Source of the DNA: Candidatus Omnitrophota bacterium
Lineage (GTDB): Bacteria > Omnitrophota > Gorgyraeia > JAFGHF01
Assembly: GCA_020341815.1 (NCBI GenBank)
Contig: CP070837.1
Coordinates: 849,586 to 890,063, forward strand
Direction of reading: 5' to 3'
DNA length: 40,478 nt
The notes below the pieces were generated by a model, which saw only the letters and a list, made by a program, of their open reading frames with translations, made no database searches and had not been told where the DNA came from. Each line of letters opens with the position of its first letter. Within the stretch, counting starts at the first letter, position 1. Positions 1 to 10,389 of the stretch are shown piece after piece. Made by a program: the position numbers and the translations under genes.

Positions 1-1687
1 AAAAATAAGAAGGATAAAATAAAATGAAAACATTAACCAGGCTAATCTTAGGAATAGCACTCTTAGCCTTCAGCTTAAGCGCCCGGGCAGAAGTGCCTCA
101 TTTGATTAACTATCAGGTAAAGCTCACCGATAAGGCAGGTCAGCCTTTGGAAGGCGCTCATGAGGTAACCTTCAGAATCTATGACGCTGAAACTCAAGGA
201 GCGCTTCTCTGGGAAGAGACGCAAGAGATAACTCTACAAAAAGGCGTGTTTAGTGTCCTCTTAGGTTCGGTAGAAGAACTGGATTTGCCTTTTGATAAAC
301 CCTATTGGCTAGCCACAAGAGTGGGAGAAGACCCTGAAATGAGCCCCCGACAGCAGATTGCCTCCTCAGGCTATGCCTTAAGGGCAGAGGTAGCTGATAC
401 AGCCCTTCAGGCCGCTAATGTTGTCAATATCAACGGAAAGCCTGTGGTTGATATCCTGCAAAAAGGTGATTCAGCAGGCGGAGACTTAACCGGGACATAC
501 CCCAATCCCACTATTGCCGATGGGGCTGTGGACAATGCCTGTATAGCTGATAATGCTGTTGGTAATGCCGAAATGCTTGATGGTGCAATCCATCAACCTG
601 AACTTTATACTGCTACTGGAAGTTGTGGCGGACAACTAACGCGAGGGCAGAGTGCAATCGTTCGAATGAATGACTATTGTTTTTTCCCTAATATTAGTCT
701 TTCGCGAGAGGTTTATATAAGTACTAGCGGTTATGGCTATCCGGGTATTGGGCAGTTCGGAGTATATGCTAAGTCGCATGATTTTGGAGGTAACTATAGC
801 GCACAGTGGAGATATGTAGCTGCCTCTGACCCGGAACATTGGATATTTATCGCCTATAATAAAAAAGAAGGGGAAATGGAGCGTGTATGGGAAGCGGAAG
901 ATCATCCTTTTATGCTTGATAATAGCTTTCCTAACCCTTTTGACGAATTGAAAGATGATCCTGATTATGAGATCTATCTTATTGATAACGAAATATTAGA
1001 TGAATTAAAAGCGAAAATAACAAGAACAAAATCTTTATCGGAAGTAATCCTGGAAGAATATGAGATTGACACAGTCTCAATCCCTGTTTTTGAGTCAAGA
1101 ACTATAGTTGAATTCGACGAATGGGGGGATAGAGAAGGGGAGATAATTAAAACATATAAAGGCAAAGGTAAAAATGGCTCACCCAGCACCTTGAAAAAAC
1201 AGGTCGCAGAGGAGTTACCTCCTTATGTTAAATATAGGTGTTTAAAGAAAAAATAAGAAGGATAAAATAAAATGAAAACATTAACCAGGCTAATCTTAGG
1301 AATAGCACTCTTAGCCTTCAGCTTAAGCGCCCGGGCAGAAGTGCCTCATTTGATTAACTATCAGGTAAAGCTCACCGATAAGGCAAATCAACCTTTGGAA
1401 GGCGCTCATGAGGTAACCTTCAGAATCTATAATGCTGAAACTCAAGGTGCGCTTCTCTGGGAAGAGACGCAAGAGATAACTCTACAAAAAGGCGTGTTTA
1501 GTGTCCTCTTAGGCTCGGTAAAAGAGCTAAATCTGCCCTTTGACAAGCCTTATTGGCTGGCCACAAAAGTTGGTGAAGACCCTGAAATGACTCCCCGACA
1601 GCAGATTGCCTCCTCAGGCTATGCCTTAAGGGCAGAGGTGGCTGATACAGCCCTTCAGGCCGCTAATGCTATCAATATCAACGGAAA
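1..1687 (+). repeat. Direct repeat 1..439 / 1249..1687 (offset 1248), plus a conserved 3' end 1218..1256 / 2442..2480
   Basis: Near-identical nucleotide sequence read directly, including the intergenic AAAAATAAGAAGGATAAAATAAAATG. Confidence 0.95.
24..1256 (+). CDS. Secreted fibre/adhesin-like protein, tandem paralog 1
   Basis: Signal peptide (..SLSARA|E); INYQVKLTD..VTFRIYD..LWEE..GVFSVLLG N-domain; AGGDLTGTYPNP motif; IADxAV 10-aa repeats; C-domain starting RYVAAS. Resemblance to tail-fibre-like proteins is recalled, not searched. Confidence 0.65.
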   Translation: MKTLTRLILGIALLAFSLSARAEVPHLINYQVKLTDKAGQPLEGAHEVTFRIYDAETQGALLWEETQEITLQKGVFSVLLGSVEELDLPFDKPYWLATRVGEDPEMSPRQQIASSGYALRAEVADTALQAANVVNINGKPVVDILQKGDSAGGDLTGTYPNPTIADGAVDNACIADNAVGNAEMLDGAIHQPELYTATGSCGGQLTRGQSAIVRMNDYCFFPNISLSREVYISTSGYGYPGIGQFGVYAKSHDFGGNYSAQWRYVAASDPEHWIFIAYNKKEGEMERVWEAEDHPFMLDNSFPNPFDELKDDPDYEIYLIDNEILDELKAKITRTKSLSEVILEEYEIDTVSIPVFESRTIVEFDEWGDREGEIIKTYKGKGKNGSPSTLKKQVAEELPPYVKYRCLKKK

Positions 1688-2480
1688 ACCCGCAACTAAT
1701 CTTTTAGAAGCCGGTACTACAGCAGGCGGAGATTTGACCGGCACATACCCCAATCCTTCTATTGCTGATGGGGCAATCCACCAAGCACAACTTTGCACGA
1801 CAATTGGAGAAGTAAGCATATATACCAACGATTGTACTGCGTCCGCTTCTATAGCTAATGATATCTCATCGTACAGCTATACAACAAATATTTCTTTTAT
1901 TGCACCGAGAGGTGTACCAAAACCTCCTAATGTTACCCTGCCCGGAGGAGAATATGGATTTTATCCTCAAATCAAAACAAGCCCTAAGACCCGATCTGCT
2001 TATGCCCAACAAAGATATGTCCAATCTTCAGGTAAAGAGCATTGGACATTTTTACTTTACGACAAGCTTGAAAAAAAGATTATTTCTGCCTGGTCGGCGC
2101 CGGATCATCCTTGTTACGGACAAGGAGCTCAGGAAGATGAAATAGCTCATCCTTTCTGCGAATATTGGGAAAGTTCTCTGCCGGATAATTTAGAGATTAT
2201 TCTTTTAGATAATACAAAGCTCGATGAAATCAAAGCAAAAGTAATCCGCAATAAAGGCATTTTGGAAATTATTCAAGAAGAATATCAAATAGATGAGGCC
2301 TCAAGACCGGTTTATATTCCGAGAGAGATAATAGAGATAGATGAATGGGGAGATAGGAGAGGCCAGATAATAAAAACTTATGCTTCTAAAGGAATGGGAG
2401 GCAATCCTAAAGTTTTAAAAAGACGTATGGTGGAAAGCCTACCTCCTTATATTAAATATAGGTGTTTAAAGGAAAAATAA
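1272..2480 (+). CDS. Secreted fibre/adhesin-like protein, tandem paralog 2
   Basis: First ~140 aa nearly identical to 24..1256; divergent middle (TLPGGEYGFYPQIK..YAQQRYVQSS); homologous C-domain ending LPPYIKYRCLKEK. Confidence 0.65.
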   Translation: MKTLTRLILGIALLAFSLSARAEVPHLINYQVKLTDKANQPLEGAHEVTFRIYNAETQGALLWEETQEITLQKGVFSVLLGSVKELNLPFDKPYWLATKVGEDPEMTPRQQIASSGYALRAEVADTALQAANAININGKPATNLLEAGTTAGGDLTGTYPNPSIADGAIHQAQLCTTIGEVSIYTNDCTASASIANDISSYSYTTNISFIAPRGVPKPPNVTLPGGEYGFYPQIKTSPKTRSAYAQQRYVQSSGKEHWTFLLYDKLEKKIISAWSAPDHPCYGQGAQEDEIAHPFCEYWESSLPDNLEIILLDNTKLDEIKAKVIRNKGILEIIQEEYQIDEASRPVYIPREIIEIDEWGDRRGQIIKTYASKGMGGNPKVLKRRMVESLPPYIKYRCLKEK

Positions 2481-2491
2481 CCAAGCTTATT

Positions 2492-5400
2492 ATGAAACAA
2501 TTTTTCTTCAACAAGAATATTAAAAGTATCTTTAAGAAGACCGGGGCGAGTTTTCTGATTATTGCCCATCTTCTGACCTTTGGCCCGGCTGCTGAGGCTT
2601 TTCAAAGCAGCCTGGGTGAGGCGGCAATAGGAAGAGCCGAAAGCAAAAACTATATTGCCCAAAGCGGCTTTCTCTATGCCACACCTACTTCCAGCCCGCC
2701 AAAACTGATTAAATATATCCCCACCTTTATCTGGAGAAAAGGCCAAGCCCAACCCCCTACTATTGATTTGGATGAATATTTCGTAAGTCCCGACGGGCTT
2801 CCTTTAACTTATACCGTAGTGGGGGATAACCAAATAGGTGCAGAGATCGATCCTGATACCAAGATGTTAACCTTTTCCCCAGAACCAGAAGATTGGGAAG
2901 GGCAAGAAAAACCGTCTGTATTTAAAATTAAAGCCGAAGATGCAGAAGGCAACGAAACCACTAGCAACCCCTTTCTTATACCTAAAGAAAAGGACAAAAA
3001 CAATCCTCCCGTATTAGATTATATCCCTGATATCTCTGTCAATGAAACAGAACTTGTTCGAATCCTTCCCACTGTTACAAAATTAGATGATGATGAGATT
3101 AGTTATAGCTTCACTGCTCCTTTAAATGAACAAGGTGAATGGTTTACCGGATATGATGATGCCGGAGATTATATTGTTACTGTAACTGCTACTGATAGTA
3201 ATGCCATAGGCCTGAGTCATTCCCAAGATGTAAAAGTTAGTGTTAAAAACAAAAATCGCCTCCCTATTTTAGAAGAGATAGCTGACATTGAAGCAAATGA
3301 GGGCGAGCGGGTAGTAATCAGGCCCCAGGCCTCCGATCCCGATGACGACGCTTTGACATTTCATTATTCTCTGCCTTTTGATAGTCAGGGCAAATGGCTT
3401 ACCGGATATGATGATGCCGATACCTACAATATTACTGTTAAGGCCTTAGACGGCACAGATACTGTATCAAAACAGGTTAAGGTTACCGTCAATAATGTTA
3501 ACCGCGCCCCTGAAGTTAAGTTAACTCTGGATAGCTACACTGTAACACCCGGGCGCAATATGCGTATCCAGTTAGAGGCCTCCGACCCCGACGGGGATCC
3601 GCTTACTTTTTCCATTAAAAAAGACGGCGAGGAAATACATTCAGGCACTATCGATGATGGTTATCACTGCGAAGAAGAACCTTTTTCCGATATCGGTGAC
3701 TATATTGTTTCGGTAACCGTAACCGACCCGGAAGGCCTATCAGCCAAAGATACAAAAGGAGTGGATGTAATCGACCCTGATGCCGATGCCGAATATGTCA
3801 AGCCCATAATGGGTGATTTCAACGGCGATAGCCTCACAGATTTAGGATTATATAATCTTAATAAAGGGAAAATAGAGGTTTGCCTCTCCGACAAAGGCGT
3901 CTTCAGAAATACCCGCGAGTGGTCAAACTCCGGCCGCGAGCATCCTTATCCCGGGAGATTATTGCCCCTTGGCGGCGACTTCAACGGCGACGGCAGGAGT
4001 GATATAGGGCTATACAACTATGATACGGGCTTTTTCTACACATACATATCCTCAGGCAGTGATTTTGTTATAGCAGGCAAGAGGTTTCGGTTCACTGCGC
4101 TGCCCGCCGACGATTGGCAGGTATCCACCGGAAACTTCAACGGAGACAAATACACAGATCTTGTTTTCTATAACAGAAGTACCGGTGTTGTTATACTTGC
4201 CAAGGGACTCGGTAATGGTTTTGTCTTAGATGAGAATTACAGGTGGCTTCGAGATAAGGTTGGAGGATCCTACCAATGGGTTTGCCTTCCCGGCGACTTC
4301 AACGGCGACTCCTTAACGGATATATGTATATTCAAAGAAAAGACCGGCGAGGTTCGGGTTGCCCTTGCTAATGCTAATATGCACGGATTCGATGAGGCTG
4401 ATCTTTGGATAACAGGATTCGGCAAGGATATCCCTGTCGGAAACTACGAAAGCCCGATGGTCTCTGACTTTAATCATGATGGTCTGGCCGATATCGGCAT
4501 CTGGGATGATAAAAAACACAAGATAAGATACGTCCTTTCCACAGGAAATAGTTTCCGTGATAATGGAAACTGGACTGAAAGCTTTGGCACATCTGACGAT
4601 GAATCCTGCCATTTAGGAGATTTTAACGGCGATGCAATCAGCGATATGGCCTGCTTTAATAAAGAGGAGCACGGGATAAAAAGCTGGAGCCTGAAAATAG
4701 CTTCTTCTCAGCCAGCTGATCTCCTGGAAGAAATAGATAACGGCGTGGGCGGGAAAACCAAGGTTACCTATGCCACTGCCTCTGAATACCAGAATGAGGA
4801 GCTTCCTTTTCCTCTATATGTAACCAAGAATATCTCATCCATAGACAGCTTACCTGCTGATAAGCCCCAGGAAGTCTATACCCAGGAATTTTCCTATAAA
4901 GGAGGCTGGTATGATACGGAAGAACGCGAGTTCTGCGGGTTTGAAAAGGTAACCGTAACCGACCCCGCGAGCGGCAACTATACCGAGACATATTTCCATC
5001 AGGCAAAATCCGATGAGAAAGGCGCGCTCAAAGGAAAGATTGAGAAGGTATCGGCCTATGACGGCAATGGAATGCTGATCAGTGAAATCGAAAACACCTG
5101 GAAGGTGCGAAGCTCAGGAGAGGAAAGCAAGTCTTTAGGATTTCCGTATCTGGAACAAGCCCTCACCACTGTCTGGGAAGAAATCGGCACTCCCTTAACT
5201 ACAAAGGACGGCTTTCATTACGATATTGTAGGCAACATCGATGAGACCTTAAGCCTTGGCGATATAGCAACAGAGGGGGATGAAAAACGCAGCCGGATAT
5301 TTTACAACGAGCCCTATGAGGCAGGATTTAACCGGCCAAAGGAGACGCTCCTTAAAGATATAGACGGGAATATCCTTACCCGTAAGTTATTTACCGAATA

Positions 5401-8400
5401 TGACGCGCGGGGAAACTTAAAAGAAGAAAAGGTCTGGCTGTATAATCCCCTTACGCAAAGTGAAGAACTTATCCCCACAACTTATGACTATGATGACTTT
5501 GGCAACGCAATTTCCATTACCAATGCCGAAGGTAACAGCGTTACAACTAAATATGAAGATACATTTCATACATTTGCCGAGGAAGTAACCAATGCCCTTG
5601 GGCATACAGTAGAATATAATTATGACCCTGCCTTTGGCCTTGTTACTGACCTTACCGACGCCAACGGATATACTACAACCACAAAATATGATTCACTGGG
5701 TAGAGTAGTCCACACCAAGAATACATCCGGTGAAATTGTTACCAGTTATTCTTATCCTGACTTTAATACCAAGATAACCCAGCAACTAAATCTTTTAACC
5801 ACTGAACACATTGACGGCTTAGGCAGGACATATAAGACAGTCTCCAGTGGTGAAGATGGCGCAAATAGCCGCAATGTTATCACCCAGGTCTTCTATAATG
5901 AGCGGGGCTTAAAAGAAGCTGAGAGCCTGCCTCATTATGAAGGTGAAGATGAAGACAATATTTCCTATGTAAGATATGAATATGATATGCGGGGAAGGGT
6001 AAAGAAGACAACATCGGACTTCCCCGGCAGCGCCAAAGACGCCTATGCTCTAACCAGTTACATCTCCCCCTTATATACAGAGGCCCAAGACCCCAAAGGA
6101 CACAAAAAGGGTATCTTGAAAGATGTCTTTGGAAATAATATCAGAATAACAGAGTTTACCGGGGGAGGGCCTGCCTCGCCGGCAGGCGGGGTATATCACA
6201 CCAATTATAAATATGACCTTCAGGGTAATTTAAGCAAAGTTACAGACGCCAAAGGCAACATCACCCAAGTCTGGTATGATTCACTTGGCCGCAAACTAAA
6301 GATGGATGACCCGGATATGGGCGTCTGGACTTATGAATATGATAAATTAGGCAACCTGATCAAACAAACCGATGCCAAAGAGCAAACTCTCCAATTTGAA
6401 TATGACGACTTAAACCGCCTGACTAAGAAATATGCCGGATCAAAAACCTTAAGCATCTATCGCTATCGCGATGACTTAAGAAACTTGAGCTCATATACAA
6501 TTGTGACTCTGCAGGCAGAGAATAAAATCGGCCGTTTGGATGAAGTGCTTTATTTAACCGGCCGAACGGAATTCTTCTATGACTCCGAAGGAAGAGAAAT
6601 CAAATCTATCAAGTATGTTGATACCAATGCCTATAAAGTAGAGCGCACATACGATATCCTGGACCGGCTGAAGACCTTAACATATCCCGATGGAGAAGTA
6701 ATCAATTATACCTATGATACTAACTCCGGCCTCTTGGAAAAGGTCCAGGGTGAGGAAACCTATGTGCCGGATATCAGTTATAACGCCTCCGGCCAAATCA
6801 AGACTATTCAATATGGAAATGAAACAGAGACAAGCTATAATTATGGCAACGATTTGCGCCTGGAGCGCATCCTCACCAAAAATCCTACCACTTCCTTGCA
6901 GGACTTAACATATGACTTTGATAAAAACGGGAATCTCACCACCCTAACCGATAACCTAACCTCCAATATCCGCGGATACGGATATGATGATTTAGACCGC
7001 CTGATTTCTGCAGAAAATATCCCGCATTCTGCCTCTTCTCAAGGCTACACCACTCTCTGTTACCACTATGACCCCATAGGCAATATGACCTATAAGTCAG
7101 ATGCAGGAGTAATGACTTACGGCCAAAATGGCGCCGGCCCCCATGCAGTAACCTCATTACAAAGATATCAGATAACTTCCTATACCTATGATGCCAATGG
7201 CAATATGACCAATGGCAAAGATAAAGTAATGCAATATGATATAGAAAATAGACTTAGCAAGGTCGTAAAATCATCCGGCGCTACTACAGAATTTTATTAT
7301 GATGGAGATGGGGGAAGGGTAAAGAAGACCGTTGACACCACAAAGGTTACGGTGTATATTGGAAGTCTATATGAGGTTGAGCAGGGAAATATAATAACCA
7401 AACACATCTTTGCCGGCTCAAACCGCATCTGTTCTTTGAAATCTAACAATACCTCTTCCTATTACCACTCAGACCATCTTGGTTCAAGCAATGTTATCAC
7501 CGACGGAAGTGGAAACAGAATAGCCAACTATGAATATCAGCCCTATGGAAAAACATCAAAACAGACCGGCACCGATATCACCAACCACAAGTTTACCGGG
7601 AAAGAGCTTGATGATTCCACAGGCCTATACTACTATGGCGCGAGATATTATGACCCAGAGATAGGCAGGTTTATTACAGCTGATACGATAGTCCAACACC
7701 CCAACGACCCACAGGACTTAAACCGCTATGCTTATTGTCGAAACAACCCTATAAAATATGTGGATCCTACGGGGCATGGGTGGTTCAGTAAGATAATTGG
7801 GGCTATTGCCGCTGTGTTCGCCTTTATTGTCACAGGAGGACCGGCAGGAAATCCTGCTTCTGTTACGACCGCAATGGCTGTGTTCTCATCACTTGATGCC
7901 AGCATCTCAAGTTATCAGGCAGGAGCAAGCATTGGTAGGGCCATAGGAATTGGGGCTGCTTGCGGAACTGCTGCCTCTTTAGGTGGATACTTAGGTGGGA
8001 TGTTTAGTAATGCCATAGGAGGAGGTGCCTTTGGCCAACTCTTCTATGGAGCAATGGGCGCAGGCGCATTTGGAGCTGCTGCAGGCGCAGCTTTAACCGG
8101 TGGTAATGTAGGTAAGGCTGCGGCAGCAGGGGCAGCGGCAGGCGCAATTGGTGGTATGTTTGGCGCGGGAGGAAATTTCTTACTCGGTTTGGTTGGCGCA
8201 GGAGTAGCCGGCGGAACCGCCTCAAGCATCCTTGGTGAAAGCTTCGGCTCAGGCGCAGCAACAGGCGCAATTAGCTTTGTTGCCTTCTCCATAATCTCAG
8301 GTTCATTACAAGCAGCTTTGGATGCAGGGTATAGGAAAGGTGGGGTTGAGGGGAAGGTAAAGGCGGCTGAGAAAATTGCAACCTCAGCCACCTCTACAGG

Positions 8401-8644
8401 GAGCAAACACCATAACCCTTCTGATGCTTTAACTGTACAAATAGAGCCTGAAAAAATAGTTTTAGCGGAAGCAAAAAAAGAAGGTATGTCGGGTGTCTGG
8501 AAAGCATTAATCCGCCAGCTTAAAGAAAAATTGACTACACCAGATCCACCGAAAAATAAGTCTTTGCGCGAAATAGAAAGATTCATAATTGAATGGATAG
8601 ACAGATTAGGGCCATGGGTTCCATTAACTATTCAAAAAAGTTAA
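2492..8644 (+). CDS. rhs: Rhs/YD-repeat polymorphic toxin with Sec signal, Ig/cadherin-like repeats, FG-GAP (TcB-like) propeller, Rhs core and Gly-rich C-terminal toxin
   Basis: ATG 2492 gives a signal peptide ending AAEA (the track's GTG 2462 overlaps the upstream gene). Contains N-x-P-x-L/ASDPD Ig repeats, six GDFNGD-like motifs, YD repeats, FTGKELD..GLYYYGARYYDPEIGRF and NPIKYVDPTGH. Confidence 0.93.
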   Translation: MKQFFFNKNIKSIFKKTGASFLIIAHLLTFGPAAEAFQSSLGEAAIGRAESKNYIAQSGFLYATPTSSPPKLIKYIPTFIWRKGQAQPPTIDLDEYFVSPDGLPLTYTVVGDNQIGAEIDPDTKMLTFSPEPEDWEGQEKPSVFKIKAEDAEGNETTSNPFLIPKEKDKNNPPVLDYIPDISVNETELVRILPTVTKLDDDEISYSFTAPLNEQGEWFTGYDDAGDYIVTVTATDSNAIGLSHSQDVKVSVKNKNRLPILEEIADIEANEGERVVIRPQASDPDDDALTFHYSLPFDSQGKWLTGYDDADTYNITVKALDGTDTVSKQVKVTVNNVNRAPEVKLTLDSYTVTPGRNMRIQLEASDPDGDPLTFSIKKDGEEIHSGTIDDGYHCEEEPFSDIGDYIVSVTVTDPEGLSAKDTKGVDVIDPDADAEYVKPIMGDFNGDSLTDLGLYNLNKGKIEVCLSDKGVFRNTREWSNSGREHPYPGRLLPLGGDFNGDGRSDIGLYNYDTGFFYTYISSGSDFVIAGKRFRFTALPADDWQVSTGNFNGDKYTDLVFYNRSTGVVILAKGLGNGFVLDENYRWLRDKVGGSYQWVCLPGDFNGDSLTDICIFKEKTGEVRVALANANMHGFDEADLWITGFGKDIPVGNYESPMVSDFNHDGLADIGIWDDKKHKIRYVLSTGNSFRDNGNWTESFGTSDDESCHLGDFNGDAISDMACFNKEEHGIKSWSLKIASSQPADLLEEIDNGVGGKTKVTYATASEYQNEELPFPLYVTKNISSIDSLPADKPQEVYTQEFSYKGGWYDTEEREFCGFEKVTVTDPASGNYTETYFHQAKSDEKGALKGKIEKVSAYDGNGMLISEIENTWKVRSSGEESKSLGFPYLEQALTTVWEEIGTPLTTKDGFHYDIVGNIDETLSLGDIATEGDEKRSRIFYNEPYEAGFNRPKETLLKDIDGNILTRKLFTEYDARGNLKEEKVWLYNPLTQSEELIPTTYDYDDFGNAISITNAEGNSVTTKYEDTFHTFAEEVTNALGHTVEYNYDPAFGLVTDLTDANGYTTTTKYDSLGRVVHTKNTSGEIVTSYSYPDFNTKITQQLNLLTTEHIDGLGRTYKTVSSGEDGANSRNVITQVFYNERGLKEAESLPHYEGEDEDNISYVRYEYDMRGRVKKTTSDFPGSAKDAYALTSYISPLYTEAQDPKGHKKGILKDVFGNNIRITEFTGGGPASPAGGVYHTNYKYDLQGNLSKVTDAKGNITQVWYDSLGRKLKMDDPDMGVWTYEYDKLGNLIKQTDAKEQTLQFEYDDLNRLTKKYAGSKTLSIYRYRDDLRNLSSYTIVTLQAENKIGRLDEVLYLTGRTEFFYDSEGREIKSIKYVDTNAYKVERTYDILDRLKTLTYPDGEVINYTYDTNSGLLEKVQGEETYVPDISYNASGQIKTIQYGNETETSYNYGNDLRLERILTKNPTTSLQDLTYDFDKNGNLTTLTDNLTSNIRGYGYDDLDRLISAENIPHSASSQGYTTLCYHYDPIGNMTYKSDAGVMTYGQNGAGPHAVTSLQRYQITSYTYDANGNMTNGKDKVMQYDIENRLSKVVKSSGATTEFYYDGDGGRVKKTVDTTKVTVYIGSLYEVEQGNIITKHIFAGSNRICSLKSNNTSSYYHSDHLGSSNVITDGSGNRIANYEYQPYGKTSKQTGTDITNHKFTGKELDDSTGLYYYGARYYDPEIGRFITADTIVQHPNDPQDLNRYAYCRNNPIKYVDPTGHGWFSKIIGAIAAVFAFIVTGGPAGNPASVTTAMAVFSSLDASISSYQAGASIGRAIGIGAACGTAASLGGYLGGMFSNAIGGGAFGQLFYGAMGAGAFGAAAGAALTGGNVGKAAAAGAAAGAIGGMFGAGGNFLLGLVGAGVAGGTASSILGESFGSGAATGAISFVAFSIISGSLQAALDAGYRKGGVEGKVKAAEKIATSATSTGSKHHNPSDALTVQIEPEKIVLAEAKKEGMSGVWKALIRQLKEKLTTPDPPKNKSLREIERFIIEWIDRLGPWVPLTIQKS

Positions 8645-8654
8645 TTGGAAGGAT

Positions 8655-9050
8655 ATGATAATGTTTAAGCAAAATATTGGAATAGCCTTATTAAGTTGGT
8701 TTATAATAATTTTTGCTATTATAAATAGCATAACGGCTACGATTGGAATCTACCTGTATTTGACTAACTCTTCGGAAGGCATATCGCTATTTTTAGTAAT
8801 GTTAAGAGCTGTGTTTGCAATTGCATTTTTTATTCTAGGGATTGAAATTATAAAATTGCGCCTTTGGGCGCGGATGATAACTATAGCAACAGCAAGTATT
8901 TTTTTAATCTTTGATTGCATAAAAATAATATTAAAAGCTAGCTTACAACAACTTTCCGATAAATTTATTTTCATAATTATTAGTATGTGTATAAATTTAA
9001 TTATTATTTATTTCTTGAATAAGCCTAGCGTAAAGGAACAGTTTAAATAG
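8655..9050 (+). CDS. Putative membrane immunity protein (3-4 TM) for the Rhs C-terminal toxin
   Basis: Starts 10 bp after the rhs stop, RBS GGAAGG, AT-rich, hydrophobic. Confidence 0.7.
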   Translation: MIMFKQNIGIALLSWFIIIFAIINSITATIGIYLYLTNSSEGISLFLVMLRAVFAIAFFILGIEIIKLRLWARMITIATASIFLIFDCIKIILKASLQQLSDKFIFIIISMCINLIIIYFLNKPSVKEQFK

Positions 9051-9115
9051 AACGCCTATTTTTATTAAGTAGTAAAAAGGGGCGATCTACTCTCTTAACA
9101 TAACCCTAACACCAC

Positions 9116-9142
9116 TAAAAAAAGCGCCTAGCGCTTTTTTTA
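9116..9142. terminator. Bidirectional intrinsic terminator
   Basis: TAAAAAAAGCGC-CTA-GCGCTTTTTTTA, a perfect 12-bp inverted repeat downstream of the immunity gene. Confidence 0.75.
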
Positions 9143-9431
9143 TTAAATATCTTCTAAAGAGACAAATATCAATATAAGAATCAGCGATATGAATATTTAG
9201 AACATAGTATATATTGAGAAAAATAAATTTGAATCAAAACTTAAAATTGACAACTGGCAGAAAGGGATATCTGACAATTAGGATAGATTATTTGAAATCG
9301 CTTGTATCCCCTTAAGTTACTGAGTTCAAAATCCTAAGATTATCTTATAAAAAGTGGAATATAATATATAATGCGTAAAATTTGTTCATATTTAATATAT
9401 ATGGTATCTTTTCTTTTTTTTCATTTTTACA

Positions 9432-9469
9432 AACATTTCCTTGACAAATGTTATCATTTATTCTATTCT
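9432..9469 (+). promoter_or_regulatory. Sigma70 promoter with an operator-like inverted repeat over the -35
   Basis: TTGACA 9441-9446, 17 bp, TATTCT 9464-9469; AACATTT (9432-38)/AAATGTT (9446-52) inverted repeat. Confidence 0.6.
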
Positions 9470-9498
9470 AGAAAGAAAATTAATGGAGGTGTATAAAA

Positions 9499-10389
9499 AT
9501 GGAAAGTAAGGATTATTTAAAAGATTTTTTTGTTGAAGACGAACACAGCTTTAAAAAGGAACAAATTATTTCTTTAATTAGTAGATGTAAAAAATTTGCT
9601 AAACTTGTAGGTAGAAAAGGTCAAGTACACATCGAAAAGAAAAATTTAACAGGTACAGATAAAATTAAACTTCTTTTAGCAACTCGTTATTTAGGCGCGG
9701 AGTTAGCTAAATTGGAACCCGGACTAAAAATTTCTCCAGAAATTGCGAATGTTCATACCGCTGATATAGCAAAGTTATTATCTGTGTCAGATGATAATGC
9801 CCGAACTAGAGTATCAGATTTAATCCATGAAAATTTTGGTAAAAAACCGGAAAAGGGATATATTCGTATATATCCACATCATATTAATAAGTTTTTAGAT
9901 ATGCTTGAAAAAGAAGAACAAAAAAAGGAAAGAACTTTCAGTAAACAATCTTCAAGTAAGAAAAAAAAGAAGGGGGCCTTGGAGGATAAAAAAGTAAATA
10001 TAGACCAAATATTTAAGCGTTTATCTACACATTTAAATATCACAGAAAGGGTTCTTCAAGATTATATATTTATTAAAGATGATGGAAGTTTTAAATTTAA
10101 TAACTATTTTACCGGTAAGTCGAAGCACAATAAACAGAGTAAAGGAATTTTAAGTACAGCGTTTGTTATAGTTATAGGATTAGGTGCGACAACTTTTTCT
10201 AGTTGGCAGGTAAAAAAAGTTTGTTTTAATAGTAATATCGATGTAACTGGTCTAAATTATACAATAAGAGAATTAAAAAATGGTGGATATATATCTAAGG
10301 CTAATAAATATTCTCGAGATAATATAATTTTAGAAAAAGGTAAAAATAAAGCAAGAGAAATATTTAACGAATTGTGTAATATAAAATGA
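9499..10389 (+). CDS. Hypothetical protein with winged-HTH-like segments
   Basis: RBS GGAGG; TADIAKLLSVSDDNARTRVSDL HTH-like motif; second wHTH-like segment near the C-terminus; AT-rich. Confidence 0.6.
   Translation: MESKDYLKDFFVEDEHSFKKEQIISLISRCKKFAKLVGRKGQVHIEKKNLTGTDKIKLLLATRYLGAELAKLEPGLKISPEIANVHTADIAKLLSVSDDNARTRVSDLIHENFGKKPEKGYIRIYPHHINKFLDMLEKEEQKKERTFSKQSSSKKKKKGALEDKKVNIDQIFKRLSTHLNITERVLQDYIFIKDDGSFKFNNYFTGKSKHNKQSKGILSTAFVIVIGLGATTFSSWQVKKVCFNSNIDVTGLNYTIRELKNGGYISKANKYSRDNIILEKGKNKAREIFNELCNIK

Noticed and set aside
24-2480. Diversity-generating retroelement acting on the paralogs
   Set aside because: No reverse transcriptase in the window; differences are not adenine-specific and include whole-segment replacement.
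8004-8586. Minus-strand ORFs 8044..8586 and 8004..8270 (likewise 15601..15951 and 17510..17944)
   Set aside because: Antisense shadows of Gly/Ala-rich toxin coding sequence.
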